Positions 9,341 to 19,636 of a stretch of DNA of 64,000 nt are shown piece by piece. A program made the position numbers and the translations under genes. The stretch is taken from positions 25,494 through 89,493 of the IMG/VR virus record IMGVR_UViG_3300031541_000012; one strand, given 5' to 3'. The notes under the pieces are model-generated. The model saw only the letters and a list, made by a program, of their open reading frames with translations. It ran no database searches and was not told the DNA's origin. The stretch comes from a virus. The first letter of the stretch is position 1. Each line of letters opens with the position of its first letter.

Positions 9341-9697
9341 ATGACAGACTTTGTATTGCCGAAAGGCGCTACACCACAAGCTGTTGCTATGAGTGACAGT
9401 GCAGTTAAACACTTCGCCTCAATTGCTGAAGGTAAAGTTGTAAAATTCGGAGTTGAGGGCGGAGGATGTGCCGGCTTTCAATACTCCTGGAAGATACTTG
9501 ATGATCGGGATGCACTATACCCAGATGATGAGATCACTGAGTATGACAATTTCACATTCGCAGTCGACGGAGCAAGCATGATGATGCTAATAGGTTCACA
9601 GGTCGACTATCTTACAGATATCACAGGAAGCCATATCGAAGTAATCAACCCGCTAGCAAAGGCAGGTTGCGGATGTGGTGTGAGCGTTAACTTTTAA
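9341..9697 (+). CDS. A-type Fe-S carrier (IscA/SufA/HesB)
   Basis: GGGCAGFQY and C-terminal CGCGVS. Confidence 0.93.
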   Translation: MTDFVLPKGATPQAVAMSDSAVKHFASIAEGKVVKFGVEGGGCAGFQYSWKILDDRDALYPDDEITEYDNFTFAVDGASMMMLIGSQVDYLTDITGSHIEVINPLAKAGCGCGVSVNF

Positions 9698-9706
9698 GAG
9701 AAATTC

Positions 9707-10109
9707 ATGACACAAGAGAAACTAATGCCGCATATTTCTAAGAATTTTGCGGTTAAATTTTCAGATTCCGACTTTGAGTTCTTGACGAATCAAATAACAA
9801 ATATCGAAACCATATATGGAAAAAGTAGGGTCCTATCATTTAAAATGACTGTGCGGGACTCAATTGGTAAAAAAATTTGCATCTCAATTGTTTGGCATAT
9901 TAGACAGTTACCAAGATATTCAGATCGTACAAATGTTGCATGATGAACAAGGCAGATTAAATCCTGTCAGAACCATAACTTTGGAAAATGTGACCTTCGA
10001 AGAAATAACTCATCTTGGTTTAGATTACAGCGGATCTATAGGTAAGGGTTATGTTGAATGGCAACTTGAAGGCCATGCGCTCAAATATACAATAGAGGAA
10101 ATAGAATGA
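9707..10109 (+). pseudogene. frameshifted ORF pair, weakly tail-tube-like when joined
   Basis: 9707..9943 and 9864..10109 join by a +1 shift at the A7 run 9869-9875. Confidence 0.4.
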
Positions 10110-10507
10110 CAGCAGATCTATCACGCTACGATCATTTCGTAGAGAGTGTAACTAGTGACACCAGCACCAACCTTGACCTATTCGTCAAGCGACTACATGA
10201 ACTAGAAAACGAAGGTATCAATCCAACACTACTCTTAACAGCAAGCACAGGACTTGCAGGTGAGAGTGGCGAGTTTGCTGAGATCGTTAAAAAGCTTAAC
10301 TGGCACGGAAAAGAGCTCACAGATGAGCTGCGCGCCCACATGAAGAAAGAGTTAGGCGACATCGTGTTCTATTGGATGATGAGCTGTCAAGCCCTTGGCT
10401 TAGACGCCAACGACGTTATCATCCAGAATGTGGAAAAGCTGCAAGCCAGATATCCCGGCGGGTTTTCTGTAGATCGCAGCGAGAACCGTGCTGAGGGCGA
10501 TGTTTAA
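10106..10507 (+). CDS. MazG-like nucleotide pyrophosphohydrolase
   Basis: GLAGESGEFAEIVKK, ELGDIVFY, NVEKLQARYP. Confidence 0.9.
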   Translation: MTADLSRYDHFVESVTSDTSTNLDLFVKRLHELENEGINPTLLLTASTGLAGESGEFAEIVKKLNWHGKELTDELRAHMKKELGDIVFYWMMSCQALGLDANDVIIQNVEKLQARYPGGFSVDRSENRAEGDV

Positions 10508-10693
10508 TCGTCCCCGTGCAGTTTAAGGTTCAAGGAGAGAAGTTTGTGCTGATGTTTGATCATTTTGTCTTCGTCATGTGCGAGGCAGGCTTTGATCAAT
10601 TTTCTCTGAGTTCGAGCAATCTTCTCTACTAACTTATTAATTTCCTTAGTCATCTTGACTTCTCCTTTTTCTTGTTGTATAAGTATATATCAC

Positions 10694-10915
10694 ATGAACA
10701 AAAAGAATACAAAACAAAATCCAATTGTCGAGCTAGAAAATCGACTGCAAGAACTGAACAAAAAGCGTTTGCAAGCGTATAGCGCACAACTCAATGGTGC
10801 AGTGATCACACAGCTAGACAACATGATTGCAGAAACACAGCTCGAGCTCTACACCGAGGTCGAGTTGGAAAAAAATCGTCGCAAGGACGACGATGGTGAA
10901 CAGTGGATTGTATGA
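10694..10915 (+). CDS. hypothetical coiled-coil protein
   Basis: ORF after TTGACT(10655)-17-TATAAG. Confidence 0.6.
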   Translation: MNKKNTKQNPIVELENRLQELNKKRLQAYSAQLNGAVITQLDNMIAETQLELYTEVELEKNRRKDDDGEQWIV

Positions 10916-11421
10916 GAACCAACCAGTTACATCAAGTTATCATTAATGAAAGCGACATGATCGACGTGTTTTATCGCGACGAGCATGTGGGTCCTATCAT
11001 TGTTGATGATCCACAGTGGGTCAAGCGCCTTAACCGCAGCCTATCGGACTATGGCATTACCGTGTTGCAGTGGGAGGAAGAGAGTGAACTTGATCCAGAC
11101 GAATTTATACTCAAAAATCGTAACGAATGGCACATGCCTGCTGAGTATGCAGAGATCGACATAGAGAATTATCTGCTAAGTAAATGTGACACAGATGATC
11201 AACGTGAACGAGTCAACATGGAATTAGCAGAGTACAACCAAAGAGATATGATTGTCGTATTGCAATGGTTGAAGTATTTTGTAGATACGATGCGTGAAAA
11301 TGGACTAGTTTGGGGCGTTGGGCGTGGCTCAAGCGTCGCAAGCTATGTTTTGTTCCTACTCGATGTGCACAGAGTAGACTCATTGGCATACGAACTAGAT
11401 ATTAAGGAATTCCTCAAATGA
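10903..11421 (+). CDS. DNA polymerase III alpha (DnaE)-like fragment
   Basis: RVNMEL..WGVGRGSSVASYVLFLLDVHRVDSLAYELDIKEFLK resembles the DnaE GxGRGS..ERFL segment. Confidence 0.8.
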   Translation: MDCMRTNQLHQVIINESDMIDVFYRDEHVGPIIVDDPQWVKRLNRSLSDYGITVLQWEEESELDPDEFILKNRNEWHMPAEYAEIDIENYLLSKCDTDDQRERVNMELAEYNQRDMIVVLQWLKYFVDTMRENGLVWGVGRGSSVASYVLFLLDVHRVDSLAYELDIKEFLK

Positions 11422-11786
11422 AACACAGAACAGCCAAGGGCCGCATGATTGATATGGCTGCATTAGCAAAGGCGAATGAAACCGTTCGTGCAGTTGGTAA
11501 CGTGCCAATGAATGCTAAGGGTGACAAGATCGATGCAAGCGGCAATGTTATTGAAACCGTGCAAGCAAAGGCACGTAAGCAACACTCAACAACCAGCGCA
11601 CCAGAGAAGCGCAAGCTGAGTGATGCACCAGGCAACAAAGAAGCTAAAAAGCCCCGACCCAAGGCTAAGCCTAAAGCAGAAGGCCCAAGCATTGTAAACA
11701 GAACTGAAAAAACACGTGATGATGGAACACGCTACGCAGAAGTCGAATACGATGACGGTAGCATGGACGTACAAGAGTTGGATTAA
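11418..11786 (+). CDS. hypothetical protein
   Basis: ATGA overlap; basic low-complexity middle. Confidence 0.7.
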   Translation: MKHRTAKGRMIDMAALAKANETVRAVGNVPMNAKGDKIDASGNVIETVQAKARKQHSTTSAPEKRKLSDAPGNKEAKKPRPKAKPKAEGPSIVNRTEKTRDDGTRYAEVEYDDGSMDVQELD

Positions 11787-12100
11787 TGAGAATACTTACA
11801 CCACTAAACGACAAAGTTATTGGCCGCATGGTAGATGTCATGGGTCAAAACCGCCGAACATCAGGCGGTATTATTATCACAGACAATGCAGGCGATGAGC
11901 AGTTTGTTCGCCCGCGTTGGTTTGAGGTAACTCACGTAGGACCAGAAAATGAAGACCATACAGTTGGCACATATGTTCTTGTTGAACATGGTCGCTGGGG
12001 GCGTGGATTTACACTAGACGGCAGCATGAACGAAGAGAACAAGCTCTTCCATTTGGATACAGACAGCATGTTAGCTGTGAGTGATGACAGACCAGTATAA
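11786..12100 (+). CDS. groES: GroES-like co-chaperonin
   Basis: LTPLNDKVI..RTSGGIII..VTHVGP. Confidence 0.8.
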   Translation: MRILTPLNDKVIGRMVDVMGQNRRTSGGIIITDNAGDEQFVRPRWFEVTHVGPENEDHTVGTYVLVEHGRWGRGFTLDGSMNEENKLFHLDTDSMLAVSDDRPV

Positions 12101-12579
12101 TGACTTTTGGTAAAACAAGAGAAGACATAATCACTAATATGTGTTATACTTGGGATCATGCATATGGCGCTCCCTTCCAGCCTTTTACTGAAATCTTTGG
12201 TTGCGACGAAAAAGATTTGCCCGAAGGTGCAAGTGAAGGCATAGGATACACAGACGAAAAGCGCAAAGCGCTTTGGAACGACATGGCGCAGATATTTGAC
12301 AACGATATTGCGCCGCACATGATTATTGGTCCGTACCGCATTGATCCTCCTAAGGGTGGCTGGCAATTGGAGTTTACGGACGAAGAGAAAGCAAAGCTGC
12401 GCCCAATTGCAGAAACTCTAGCAATGCTAGATGGCAACGCTTTCTTTGGTAACTCGACAGAACGTGATGGCAGAATCATCGAGTGGTATGAACAGTATCT
12501 GCCAGAAGCAGCCGCACTCTACAACGGTAATGGTGGAGACAACGGCTGGGCAGGCGAATCAAGCATTAATAAAGGTTAA
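12100..12579 (+). CDS. hypothetical protein
   Basis: TAATG coupling. Confidence 0.65.
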   Translation: MTFGKTREDIITNMCYTWDHAYGAPFQPFTEIFGCDEKDLPEGASEGIGYTDEKRKALWNDMAQIFDNDIAPHMIIGPYRIDPPKGGWQLEFTDEEKAKLRPIAETLAMLDGNAFFGNSTERDGRIIEWYEQYLPEAAALYNGNGGDNGWAGESSINKG

Positions 12580-12581
12580 AC

Positions 12582-13505
12582 ATGGCAGCGAGCGAACTAT
12601 GGGTTGAGAAGTATCGCCCTAAAACCGTTAAAGAGTACGTATTTAAAGACCCCAAACAGCGCAAGCAAGTTGAGTCCTGGATTGCTGACAAATCAATCCC
12701 GCACTTGATTTTTTATGGTGGCGCAGGCACAGGTAAAACAACACTTGCAAAAGTGCTAGTGCATGAGCTAGACGTACAAGAAGCTGACTTTATGTACATC
12801 AACGCCAGCCGCGACAACGGTGTTGACTATGTGCGTGAGCGCATCAACCGCTTCTGTAGCAGTATGCCCTGGGGAGAGTTTAAGATTGTGTTGTTGGATG
12901 AGGCGGACTACCTATCCCATAACGCACAGGCTATCCTGCGTGGCATGATGGAACAATTTGCAGGTGAGGTTCGTTTTATTCTAACTTGTAACTATCCGCA
13001 AAAGATCATGCCTGCGATTAAGAGCCGTAGCCAAGAGTTTCACATCAGCCAACATGACCAGACTGACTTTACTGCACGGGTTGCAGAGATTTTGGTTACT
13101 GAAGATGTTGACATTGACCTTGAAACCATTGACACTTATGTCCGCGCAACGTATCCTGACTTGCGCAAAACTATCCAAGCAGTGCAACAGAACGTTGTAG
13201 ACGGGCGTCTTCAGCCGCCAGAGGCAACAGACGAGCTTGCTAGTGACTGGCGCCTGTCCATGGTTAGCTTGTTCCGCGAAAAGAAGCTACGCCAAGCACG
13301 TGAGCTCATCTGTAAGAGTGCAACGCCTGAAGAGTTTGAAGACATGTTCAAGTGGCTATACCGCAACTTGGAGTTCTTTGGTAGCAGCGATGAAGAGCGT
13401 GATGCTGCGGTTGTGATTATCCGTAACGGCATGGTCAAGCATACACAAGTTGCTGATCCTGAGATCAATTTCAGTGCAACAATGATTGAATTGGAAAACA
13501 TCTAA
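12582..13505 (+). CDS. clamp loader AAA+ subunit (gp44/RFC small subunit-like)
   Basis: LWVEKYRP, GGAGTGKTT, INAS, LDEAD, SR motif. Confidence 0.95.
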   Translation: MAASELWVEKYRPKTVKEYVFKDPKQRKQVESWIADKSIPHLIFYGGAGTGKTTLAKVLVHELDVQEADFMYINASRDNGVDYVRERINRFCSSMPWGEFKIVLLDEADYLSHNAQAILRGMMEQFAGEVRFILTCNYPQKIMPAIKSRSQEFHISQHDQTDFTARVAEILVTEDVDIDLETIDTYVRATYPDLRKTIQAVQQNVVDGRLQPPEATDELASDWRLSMVSLFREKKLRQARELICKSATPEEFEDMFKWLYRNLEFFGSSDEERDAAVVIIRNGMVKHTQVADPEINFSATMIELENI

Positions 13506-13990
13506 TGGAACGCCAGAATCGTAATGGCGAGTATTTTGAAATCGACCGTGCGGCGTCTCAACGTGGGCATGACGAATTGATGCATCGTGTCACTGAAGTG
13601 CGTAACCAGTTGCACAAAGATGGATTTACAATACATGATGTGCGTGTATCTCGTAAGGAAGAACCTTATTTCATGCATAAGGGTTACAGATCTCATAGTT
13701 ACGATGCATACATCTCAAATACAATTCGTTATACAGCCGAGTTTGATATGGCTGTTAGCTTGGGCCAAGCAGAAGATTTCCTGTCAATAGCAAAAAAATA
13801 TGAATATTTGTCTGATCGTGTCCAACAAGTTGAACGAAACAATGACATCCTATCAAAAGAAGTTGCCGTCAACAGAACCACGCGACATGATCTTAAAAAA
13901 GTTCTCACTGAAAATCCTGGAATAGCTGACCAGTGGGATGAAATGCTCACATTACTTAAACTAGCAGGGTTTGACGGTGTTTTAACGTAA
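13505..13990 (+). CDS. hypothetical protein
   Basis: TAATG coupling; ends MLTLLKLAG. Confidence 0.65.
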   Translation: MERQNRNGEYFEIDRAASQRGHDELMHRVTEVRNQLHKDGFTIHDVRVSRKEEPYFMHKGYRSHSYDAYISNTIRYTAEFDMAVSLGQAEDFLSIAKKYEYLSDRVQQVERNNDILSKEVAVNRTTRHDLKKVLTENPGIADQWDEMLTLLKLAGFDGVLT

Positions 13991-14000
13991 ATACATCACT

Positions 14001-14183
14001 ATGGAAAGTGAATGTAGAATACGCTACTCTGTACGAGTGCCGTTTCCAGACGCAGATTTATACTGTTTTGTGCTTGACAATTCAGGTAAAGTGTCTTACT
14101 ATGGAAACATGGAGGATGCCCAAGCTGTGGCATCGCAATACAAAGACGCACTTGTGATGGAGAACAAATATTATGGATTCTAG
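14001..14183 (+). CDS. hypothetical protein
   Basis: ORF after TAAATA. Confidence 0.5.
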   Translation: MESECRIRYSVRVPFPDADLYCFVLDNSGKVSYYGNMEDAQAVASQYKDALVMENKYYGF

Positions 14184-14457
14184 TGTTGTATACGCCCTGG
14201 TTATGATCACTTACAATGCTGTGAGTGGCGGCATGGGCGCCGAACCGCAAAGCTTCCACATTTCGCCTAGCGACTGTGCACAGGAAATTACTTTCCAGAA
14301 CAGCCGTGGCCGCAAAGAAACCTACAACCGCAAATACACCTGCGTCCGTCTTAACGACGCGGTCCGTGCTGCTCAGGTTCGTGCTGCACACGGATATGGC
14401 GGTAACGGCCAAGCGCGTCGCGCAAGCGGTGGACGGATCGTTATCGAATTCAACTAA
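14173..14457 (+). CDS. hypothetical protein with hydrophobic N-terminus
   Basis: GGAG RBS, two Cys. Confidence 0.55.
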   Translation: MDSSVVYALVMITYNAVSGGMGAEPQSFHISPSDCAQEITFQNSRGRKETYNRKYTCVRLNDAVRAAQVRAAHGYGGNGQARRASGGRIVIEFN

Positions 14458-14465
14458 GTAGCTTT

Positions 14466-14993
14466 ATGGCTAAAACAGCGACTTACGAGAGGCTCTGGAG
14501 AGACTTATACGTTACCCTACTTAATGGTCAGCGTGTATACTACCCAGAGCCTCAATATTTTATGCAAGAACAACTTGGGCGCAGGTGTTGCACCATCTTT
14601 AAGATGAAGCAGCTAGTGCCCAATGAACTTCTAATGGATCTTCTCGTAGAAGAATATCCCGAAGAGAAGATGCGCAGAAATATCCAGACAGATCTCTACG
14701 CAAATCGTCTCAAACAAGAGATTGCAGAAAAAACATTTAACGACGCCAAACGTCCACTCAGCCAACGTATTACCAACCAATGGCTCAGCAATCCATTTGA
14801 AGAGTGGCTGGAAGAAAAATGCCAATGGCATTGGATGACGGCTGAGTGGTATCAAGATCGAGAAGATGGTCATGATCCGTTCGGCGACTATGCCTTTATG
14901 GTGAGTGTACACACGCCAGTTCTGCAGAGCGTTGAATCGTTTGACGAAGAGTATGGCGAAGCTTTTGTAATGACCAAATTGATGTACGGATGA
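14466..14993 (+). CDS. KL-motif family protein
   Basis: Ends FDEEYGEAFVMTKLMYG. Confidence 0.7.
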   Translation: MAKTATYERLWRDLYVTLLNGQRVYYPEPQYFMQEQLGRRCCTIFKMKQLVPNELLMDLLVEEYPEEKMRRNIQTDLYANRLKQEIAEKTFNDAKRPLSQRITNQWLSNPFEEWLEEKCQWHWMTAEWYQDREDGHDPFGDYAFMVSVHTPVLQSVESFDEEYGEAFVMTKLMYG

Positions 14994-15439
14994 AGTTTTC
15001 AGGAGAAAGACAATACCCAACAGACATGCTACCAGTATCGTTTCGCAAGAAGCACATGCTAGGGCTGCTATTCCGTTGTGAGATATTATTTACTGATGAC
15101 ATCCATTATGAGCCGGACGAAATCAGCATGGACACCAGGGTACCACCTGGCAGGCGTGATTTTGATAGCTTTATGCGCGGTCTTAACGAACGTTATGGTA
15201 ATGTTGACCAAAACATAATGCGAGAAATATTCCCAGGGTTTCCAACAGGACCTATAGAAGAATGGGCAATTGACTACAACGATCTGTTCTACTTAGAGTT
15301 TACAGGCTACTATGATGCATCAAGTGTTAAGCCTGTGATGATTGCAAAAGCACTGGGCGAAACCAATGTGCATTGGACTGAGTATGCAGACACATACTGC
15401 CAGGCCCTTACGATGGAAAAATTGAGGAGTGGACTATGA
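14990..15439 (+). CDS. probable paralog of upstream ORF, divergent KL motif
   Basis: GERQYPT vs GQRVYYP, PIEEWA vs PFEEWL, ends ALTMEKLRSGL. Confidence 0.6.
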   Translation: MKFSGERQYPTDMLPVSFRKKHMLGLLFRCEILFTDDIHYEPDEISMDTRVPPGRRDFDSFMRGLNERYGNVDQNIMREIFPGFPTGPIEEWAIDYNDLFYLEFTGYYDASSVKPVMIAKALGETNVHWTEYADTYCQALTMEKLRSGL

Positions 15440-15672
15440 ATCAAGAAATTCTTGACAAATTGCACGAAGGTGTTACAACTGTGGTGTTCACCAAAGTTAA
15501 CGGTGAACGTCGCGAGATGCGATGCACACTGAACGAAGACTTACTGCCGCCACGGGAGGAAAATAACTCCCGGCAAGCGCGTAAGGAAAACCCAGCAGTG
15601 CAAAGTGTCTGGGACGTGGATAAACAAGCATGGCGGAGTTTCCGCTGGGAGAACGTGATCGATGGAGAATGA
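15436..15672 (+). CDS. WYL_2/SH3-like phage protein
   Basis: VVFTKVNGERREMRCTL..VWDVDKQAWRSFR. Confidence 0.8.
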   Translation: MNQEILDKLHEGVTTVVFTKVNGERREMRCTLNEDLLPPREENNSRQARKENPAVQSVWDVDKQAWRSFRWENVIDGE

Positions 15673-15850
15673 TTGGGCTTTGTCCGCTAGGGTTGGTATA
15701 ATTGCACTTGGCATTGTCTCAGTAGCATGGGCTGCCACTGTTTCTGATTCAAACTTGGCAGCGTCGAGAGCGGAAGGACTTTCTGCCTGCGTCCAAGTAG
15801 AAGGAATGGAATATGTCAGAGGCAATTGTCGTCCAATACAATCTGATTGA
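15662..15850 (+). CDS. small membrane protein
   Basis: One TM segment. Confidence 0.5.
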   Translation: MENDWALSARVGIIALGIVSVAWAATVSDSNLAASRAEGLSACVQVEGMEYVRGNCRPIQSD

Positions 15851-15976
15851 GGACGTTACGCCTGAACACCGCGACATCGTGGAGTTTGCTAGCGGCCAAA
15901 AATTGGAAGAGCTAGACATTGACGATGTGAATAGCTTCCTCAATGGACTGCAATTATATATGGGGGAAGGATTACC

Positions 15977-16564
15977 ATGGAAAAACTGATTGTAACAGAT
16001 GTTGATGGTGTTCTCCTGGATTGGGAGAACCATTTTCATGACTACATGCATAGTCAAGGACATGAGCGCGCCTACGGCCAACCTAGCTATTGGCAAGAGC
16101 TGCATTATCCAGAGTTGAGCAAGGTTGAAGCTCGTAAAATGGTGTATCATTTCAATACCAGTGCGTGGATTATGGGCATCCCTGCATTCCGTGACGCTCG
16201 CAGCGGTGTTGCACGGCTTGTAGAAGGCGGCTATAAGTTTGTTGCCATTACTGCTATGGGCAACGATTCTTATAGCCATATGGCACGTAAGTTTAACTTG
16301 GAACAGATGTTTGGTAGTGATGTTTTTGTTGACGTTATCTGCACTGACATGTATGACCCCAACGGCAAGCGAGCTGCACTAGCTAAGTATGTCAGGAACG
16401 GACGTCTGTGGATTGAAGATAAGCCTAGCAACGCCGAATTGGGCGCTGAGTGTGGATATCGTAGTGTTCTTATGTTGCATCCTCATAATGAGGAGCATGT
16501 ATCGGATAACGTAGAGCAGGTGAACAGTTGGGCGGACATTTGTGAAATCGCTTTAAACGATTAG
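15977..16564 (+). CDS. HAD-family phosphatase (T4 gp30.2 / 5'-nucleotidase-like)
   Basis: TDVDGVLLDW, WIEDKPSN. Confidence 0.85.
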   Translation: MEKLIVTDVDGVLLDWENHFHDYMHSQGHERAYGQPSYWQELHYPELSKVEARKMVYHFNTSAWIMGIPAFRDARSGVARLVEGGYKFVAITAMGNDSYSHMARKFNLEQMFGSDVFVDVICTDMYDPNGKRAALAKYVRNGRLWIEDKPSNAELGAECGYRSVLMLHPHNEEHVSDNVEQVNSWADICEIALND

Positions 16565-17298
16565 TCTTCGTCTCCGTAGAGTTTCAATACCTCCTTTACA
16601 GCGGGATGGCGCTCTACGTCATTTTTATCAAACTCGACAGCGCCAATACGTGTTGAACGTTCTTCAAGACGTGCAATAATGTCTCTCAGTCCGTTGGCTT
16701 CGAATCCTCTATCATGCTGCGTGATGTCGCCTGTTACAACCACTCGACTGTTTTCTCCAATGCGTGTTAGTAGCATCTTCATTTGGTTCGGTGTTGCGTT
16801 TTGCATTTCGTCAGCTAGGATCCATGCATTTTTGAATGTGCGCCCACGCATATAAGCAAGTGGTGCAATTTCAATAATGTTCTCGGCTATTAGTAACTCG
16901 ATTTCTTTTGGTGAGTAATATTCCTCGAACACGTCAAAGATTGGCCTTGTCCAAGGGGCCATCTTTTCAACTAGTGTACCAGGCAAAAACCCGTGTTGCT
17001 CGTCCACGCTCACTGCGGGACGGGTAACGACGATTTTTTCGCATTCACCAGCTTTCAGCGCCCTAATGGCTGCAAGCACGGCAATCATTGTTTTGCCAGT
17101 TCCTGCTGGTCCTGTGGCAAATACGATGTCTTTACCTGGATTATCAAGAAGTGCGAGATAATCTTCTTGTGCTAGGTTTTTGGGTAGAATCTTTACCCTG
17201 TTCTCGCGTTGTTTGAAACGGCTAAAATCAATCACCTGGTGCTGATTTTGCTGTTCCTGATATTGAGCCTTACGTGCTCTTCTTTTTGCTTTTGACAC
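16561..17298 (-). CDS. phoH: PhoH-family ATPase
   Basis: GPAGTGKT, TRPAV, GFLPG, LAYMRGRTF, DEMQN, GDITQHD; minus-strand TAAATA at 17349-17354. Confidence 0.96.
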   Translation of the reverse strand: MSKAKRRARKAQYQEQQNQHQVIDFSRFKQRENRVKILPKNLAQEDYLALLDNPGKDIVFATGPAGTGKTMIAVLAAIRALKAGECEKIVVTRPAVSVDEQHGFLPGTLVEKMAPWTRPIFDVFEEYYSPKEIELLIAENIIEIAPLAYMRGRTFKNAWILADEMQNATPNQMKMLLTRIGENSRVVVTGDITQHDRGFEANGLRDIIARLEERSTRIGAVEFDKNDVERHPAVKEVLKLYGDED

Positions 17299-17431
17299 TT
17301 GTTATGTCTCCCTGTTGGTTAGCACAACGCCTCCCAACTGTCCAAAAATATTTAGCGGGTTTCAAGTTAGAATGCGCAGATATGCAATCTTTTGGAAACG
17401 GCATAAATAGTGTAAAGCACAGGATATCTGT

Positions 17432-17989
17432 ATGATTGACATTAACGAAATTGCAGCTACAATAAGTGGAGTTAAGAAAAACCGTAATACTCTTGACTTA
17501 CTTCTTGAATTTGAGGGCGTCCTAGATGACCTCAACATTTATGCATATGAAAACTGGATTAAAGGTGAAGTAATTAAAGGCCCAATCATTTCCAAGTATT
17601 GGGTTGAAGTTTACCTTATGTATCCCAAGAAGCACATGCCAAACCCAGTGGCAGCGGAGCGTCTTATTAAACATGGCTGCTATGTATTTTTCCAGGAAGA
17701 TACACTAACCAGCAACGTAAAAATTAAACAGCCGGAGGATTTAGTTCCGGATCCTGATGATCCAGGTAAGCGTAAGCCTGATACAAAAGAAACAGAAGTT
17801 TTTGTCGTTAAAATTGTTATGCCACGCCACCTGCTAACAGATTACAATGTGAAAAAGATCAGCGCGATGACTGGTGAGATTGACCTAGACGATGTTGTTG
17901 ATGCATACGACCAAGGTCTTGATGTAGATAGAAATGCAAGAACTGAAGATGAAGACCAAGAGCAAGAGAACCCAGAAGAAAATTTTTGA
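17432..17989 (+). CDS. hypothetical late protein
   Basis: Long ORF after ATAAATA (17403). Confidence 0.7.
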   Translation: MIDINEIAATISGVKKNRNTLDLLLEFEGVLDDLNIYAYENWIKGEVIKGPIISKYWVEVYLMYPKKHMPNPVAAERLIKHGCYVFFQEDTLTSNVKIKQPEDLVPDPDDPGKRKPDTKETEVFVVKIVMPRHLLTDYNVKKISAMTGEIDLDDVVDAYDQGLDVDRNARTEDEDQEQENPEENF

Positions 17990-18500
17990 GGGTCTCGAGT
18001 TCGAGGACCTCAAAGGACTAATTGACGATAATGTCTTGATCGACATGCATAAGCCAAAAATTGGCAATGATGAAGATACTGTAGTTGTCGCATTTGACGT
18101 CACTTATGAAGATCCAGCCAAGGATCTTAGCCAGTTTATTGAAACTGGCGCACTAGAACACCTAGATGTGGAGACTAGCACATCTCCAGACCAAGACGGC
18201 ACTTGGAAAGTGTTTGTTGAGTTTATGCGTGATCATGAACTTTACGAAAAAATCGAGGCGTTGCTTGACAGCGTTAGCCAAATAACTAGCCGAGAAGATG
18301 GTGCGTGGACTTATCGCGCTTACAACGTAAAAGAGCCAAAAGAGTTCAACGAAGAAAACTTTAAAAACGATATTATCGACAGTCGTTACGAGTATCGTAA
18401 AACGTATATGAGTGATGACAAAACATACGACGAGCCAGTAGATGAGTTGGAAGAAAGCTGGTTGAGTCGAGTAAGAAATTACCAGAAGCTTAATGCCTAA
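17934..18500 (+). CDS. hypothetical late protein (start uncertain)
   Basis: Long acidic ORF. Confidence 0.7.
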   Translation: MQELKMKTKSKRTQKKIFEGLEFEDLKGLIDDNVLIDMHKPKIGNDEDTVVVAFDVTYEDPAKDLSQFIETGALEHLDVETSTSPDQDGTWKVFVEFMRDHELYEKIEALLDSVSQITSREDGAWTYRAYNVKEPKEFNEENFKNDIIDSRYEYRKTYMSDDKTYDEPVDELEESWLSRVRNYQKLNA

Positions 18501-18714
18501 GGAAGAAACGCTAACAATGAGCGGCACAGTAATTGAGTGCCTGCCCAATGCAACATTCAAGATTCGCCTCGAAAACGATCATGAAATCTTAGGCATCATT
18601 AGCGGACGGATACGTAAGTTCAATATCAACATCTTGCTGGGTGACCATGTTGACGTTGAAATCGCACCATATGACCTCAGCAAGGGTCGTATTACCTATA
18701 GGCACAAAAAATGA
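18493..18714 (+). CDS. infA: translation initiation factor IF-1
   Basis: [38 protein letters not shown]. Confidence 0.96.
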   Translation: MPKEETLTMSGTVIECLPNATFKIRLENDHEILGIISGRIRKFNINILLGDHVDVEIAPYDLSKGRITYRHKK

Positions 18715-19244
18715 TTCAATTAGCAAGGCTATTTACACCAAAGTTCTTTAGAGGTCTCCTGTTCGCAGTTGTTCTGCTAGCAGTTCTGCTAGCAGTGGGC
18801 GGTACAATTTTTGCAGGCTATCAATATGCGACTGGGTTGCAAGACGAAAACACACGCCTCACAACAGAGAACGCAACACTGGAAGGCAACAATGTGCAAC
18901 TTGAACAAGCCATTGTTGAACAACAGAACACTATTGCGTCACTAGAGCGTGATATCCAACTGCAAGCTGAAATTTTTAATGAGACCAACGAGCAATTTGA
19001 ACGCGCTCGTAACCAAGTTGACAGTCTACGTGAGCGACTTGGTGAACACGAACTGAGTTCACTAGCACTGGCTCGACCAGGACTGGTAGAAAGAGTAATT
19101 AACAATGCAACAGATTCAGTTGGACGCTGTTTTGAGATTGCAGCAGGGGCACCACTGACGGACGCAGAGCTTAATGCTACACTGCCAAGTCAAATCAATA
19201 GGGAATGCCCAGACTTAGCAAACCCTAATTATGGAGGTGATTAA
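18711..19244 (+). CDS. putative i-spanin (Rz-like)
   Basis: N-terminal TM plus long coiled coil, followed by a lipoprotein. Confidence 0.7.
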   Translation: MIQLARLFTPKFFRGLLFAVVLLAVLLAVGGTIFAGYQYATGLQDENTRLTTENATLEGNNVQLEQAIVEQQNTIASLERDIQLQAEIFNETNEQFERARNQVDSLRERLGEHELSSLALARPGLVERVINNATDSVGRCFEIAAGAPLTDAELNATLPSQINRECPDLANPNYGGD

Positions 19245-19636
19245 TGAAATACATCGTATTTGTTGCGCTCTTAGGTCTAGCAGCATGTGCTAGACCAGAA
19301 CCTGAGTCAACTAATCCAGTGGTTATACAAAGTGAACCGATTGCCCGACCATCGCTCAATCTGCCTAATGTGGACCGATATACATCGCGTCCTGTAGAGT
19401 GGATTGTGGTAACTCCAGATAACGTGGATGAAGTTTTTAATGAGATGGAGTCGCGTGGTGAAGATCCTGTCCTGTTTGGCGTCAATGATGAGGGCTATGA
19501 AAACATTGCAATCAATACACAAGAAAGTCTGCGTGTTATCTTACAGCAACAGGCAGTGATTGACGGCTATCGTGAATACTACATTGCAGCAGATGGAAGT
19601 ATCCGCGAGCATAACGCAAACATACCACGAGAATGA
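19244..19636 (+). CDS. putative o-spanin (Rz1-like lipoprotein)
   Basis: LGLAAC lipobox, Pro-rich linker. Confidence 0.7.
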   Translation: MKYIVFVALLGLAACARPEPESTNPVVIQSEPIARPSLNLPNVDRYTSRPVEWIVVTPDNVDEVFNEMESRGEDPVLFGVNDEGYENIAINTQESLRVILQQQAVIDGYREYYIAADGSIREHNANIPRE

